The notes under the pieces were generated by a model that did no database searches, was not told where the DNA came from, and saw only the letters and a list, made by a program, of their open reading frames with translations. From Flavobacteriia bacterium (GTDB lineage Bacteria; Bacteroidota; Bacteroidia; Flavobacteriales_D; Crocinitomicaceae): a DNA stretch of 27,082 nucleotides. Numbering within the stretch: the first letter of the stretch is position 1; each line of letters begins with the position of its first letter. The stretch lies in assembly GCA_947455255.1 (NCBI GenBank), contig CANGOA010000029.1:1-27082 (forward strand), written 5' to 3'. Shown here one piece after another: positions 25,367 through 27,082 of the stretch. The position numbers were made by a program, and so were the translations under genes.

Positions 25367-27082
25367 CACTTCATGGGCGAAAGTCTATATGAATTCAACT
25401 ACTTGTTCTGCTGTAGATGTGGAAGTTGATGCAACTGGTAATTCATATACCGTTGGAAGTTTTGCTTCGACGATGAACGCAAACTACGGCGTAAACACAG
25501 CAAATATGATGTCCGCTTTTGGAGCGCAAGACATTTACATCATCAAACACGATGCAACAGGAACTTTATTGTGGGCAAAACATTTGGGAGGAAGTGGCGA
25601 TGATTTACCAGTTGCTTTGGATGTGGATGCTTCAGGAAATATTGTGATTGCAGGAACATTTACTTCGTCCAACATGGATTTTGATCCAGGAGCAGGAGTA
25701 ACCTATTTATCATCTTCTGGGAGTACCGATTTATTTGTGTTAAAACTGAACACGTCGGGTGATTTTTTATGGGCACAACGTTCCGGTGGAGCTCAAGGAG
25801 AATTGATGAGCGATATTGAATTTGATAATTCTGGAGATATCTATGTTGCAGGTTCTTTTACGACCATCAATGATTTCTTCTCCAATACAAATACCTTAAA
25901 TATCGGAGCGAGAGATGCTTTTGTATGTAAATTATCTGCAGCTGGTGTTTATCAATGGGTGAAAGTAATTGGTGGTGCAGGAACGGATATCCCAAATAAA
26001 TTGACTGCTATAGGTTCAAATATTTTGTTATGTACCGATATCGGAAGTGGAAGTACAACCTTTGACTTTGGTTCAGGAACACAAACAGGAACTTTTTCAG
26101 GAACAAATACCAACGGAATTGTCTCTCATTTCTCCACAACAGGTAGTTTTCAAGGAAAATATCATTTCCCAGGAAATACAAGTACAACAAAATTTATAAC
26201 TACTGGTTCTGTTACTATGATTATTGGATCATTTGAAGGTACTATGGATATTGACCCAACCACTTCAACTAACAACATTACTGCAGTAGGAGTGAGGGAT
26301 ATGTTTATCGTAAACTTAGCTGGTTTAGTAAATGGAACCTATCGAAATCACGTACAAGGAAAAGGTTCTGCAAGTTCCGGACAACTATTCCCTCAAAATG
26401 TGGTGTATAAATTAGGTGCCAATTCTGGAATTTTAGATGTGCATGTCGTAGGTTACGCAAAAGGTTCTGCCGATTTAGGAGGAACAGTTGCTTCAGATAT
26501 TGTAGGACCGAATAGCGCAAACGAACACGCATTTTTAGCACGTTATATTTACCGAGAAGGAACAATTTATAATAACTTAGACTTTGCCGCTGATATTGCA
26601 GAATGTGGAACTGCGGCAGATTTTAGTAAAGGAACTGGGGTAGCTGTAAAATCAAACGGAGATATTCTTACCACAGGTTGGTACCGTTCTACTTCCGTTA
26701 ATTCAGTAACCTTCCAACCTGGTGCAACACCAACAATCACACCTATCTTCTCTACAAGTATTGGTTTTATGCAATACATCAAAAATTGTACGATGCCAAC
26801 AACTACAGCTGCAACAACTACTTATTCTATTTGTAGTGGAGCAAGTGCTACACTTACAGGTACAGGTGCAACTACGTATTCTTGGAACACCGGTGCAACA
26901 ACAGCAAACATCACGGTAAGTCCAACAGCAACTACAACCTATACCTTAACAGGTACAAATGGAGAATGTTCTAAAACCGATACAGTAAAAATCATAGTAA
27001 AAACTCCACCAACAACCTTGGCAACTGCGAATGATTATAGTATTTGTGCTGGAACATCGGTAACATTGAATGGTTCTGGTGC
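25281..27082 (+). CDS. Secreted SBBP beta-propeller-repeat protein with C-terminal tandem Cys-containing Ig-like repeats (5' partial; the ORF runs off the window end; absent from the supplied ORF track)
   Basis: Hand translation from the ATG at 25281 is open for all 600 codons to the window edge. Lipoprotein/signal peptide MKTKTVNTFQKMICSALLVLTTTCGW. Repeated GG.G.D......D..GN.Y..G.F SBBP-like units (LGGSGDDLPVALDVDASGNIVIAGTF; SGGAQGELMSDIEFDNSGDIYVAGSF). Terminal about 80-aa tandem repeats (TTYSICSGASATLTGTGATTYSWNTGATTANITVSPTATTTYTLTGTNGECSKTDTVKIIVKTPP, then TTLATANDYSICAGTSVTLNGSG...). Confidence 0.75.
   Translation, partial: MKTKTVNTFQKMICSALLVLTTTCGWSQITSWAKVYMNSTTCSAVDVEVDATGNSYTVGSFASTMNANYGVNTANMMSAFGAQDIYIIKHDATGTLLWAKHLGGSGDDLPVALDVDASGNIVIAGTFTSSNMDFDPGAGVTYLSSSGSTDLFVLKLNTSGDFLWAQRSGGAQGELMSDIEFDNSGDIYVAGSFTTINDFFSNTNTLNIGARDAFVCKLSAAGVYQWVKVIGGAGTDIPNKLTAIGSNILLCTDIGSGSTTFDFGSGTQTGTFSGTNTNGIVSHFSTTGSFQGKYHFPGNTSTTKFITTGSVTMIIGSFEGTMDIDPTTSTNNITAVGVRDMFIVNLAGLVNGTYRNHVQGKGSASSGQLFPQNVVYKLGANSGILDVHVVGYAKGSADLGGTVASDIVGPNSANEHAFLARYIYREGTIYNNLDFAADIAECGTAADFSKGTGVAVKSNGDILTTGWYRSTSVNSVTFQPGATPTITPIFSTSIGFMQYIKNCTMPTTTAATTTYSICSGASATLTGTGATTYSWNTGATTANITVSPTATTTYTLTGTNGECSKTDTVKIIVKTPPTTLATANDYSICAGTSVTLNGSG

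Noticed and set aside
26008-26919. Four short ORFs (60-86 aa, both strands) near the window end
   Set aside because: All lie inside the long uninterrupted SBBP ORF (25281 to beyond 27082) in other frames or antisense. Q/L-rich low-complexity translations of T/A/G-rich repeat DNA.

Overview
The window is AT-rich (roughly 30-35% GC) with no obvious Shine-Dalgarno use, a T9SS C-terminal sorting domain protein and ELWxxDGT repeats, so it is most likely a Bacteroidota chromosome, probably Flavobacteriia. Left to right: the 3' end of a PLP-dependent Cys/Met-metabolism gene; a TPR-like membrane protein; queA; and a beta-lactamase-family lipoprotein. Next comes a tightly packed 5-6 gene minus-strand membrane operon of unknown function (zinc-ribbon/DUF4178-like protein, DUF350-like protein, membrane-fused spermidine-synthase-like aminopropyltransferase, Tat-exported FAD oxidoreductase, polytopic membrane protein). 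After that are a PIF1/RecD-like helicase with a C-terminal HTH, a flotillin/SPFH protein, a HisKA_3 sensor kinase with a NarL/LuxR-type response regulator, and a membrane protein. The right third looks accessory. It holds a translationally coupled three-gene operon (HNH-nuclease effector, 77-aa small protein, 566-aa SMC/ABC-like coiled-coil ATPase) with the gene order and domain logic of Lamassu / ABC-three-component (ABC-3C) anti-phage systems, followed by an 89-aa acidic ORF behind a G8 tract. Then comes a T9SS-secreted ELWxxDGT-repeat protein. Last is a C5-cytosine methyltransferase plus putative restriction endonuclease cassette, bracketed by a ~163-bp direct repeat that duplicates the promoter and signal-peptide start of the downstream SBBP beta-propeller surface-protein gene. 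The upstream repeat copy carries a 1-nt deletion that leaves only a 5' remnant. That SBBP gene (25281 to beyond the window end) is missing from the supplied ORF track because it has no stop codon inside the window. I found no tRNA/rRNA, CRISPR array, transposase or integrase.
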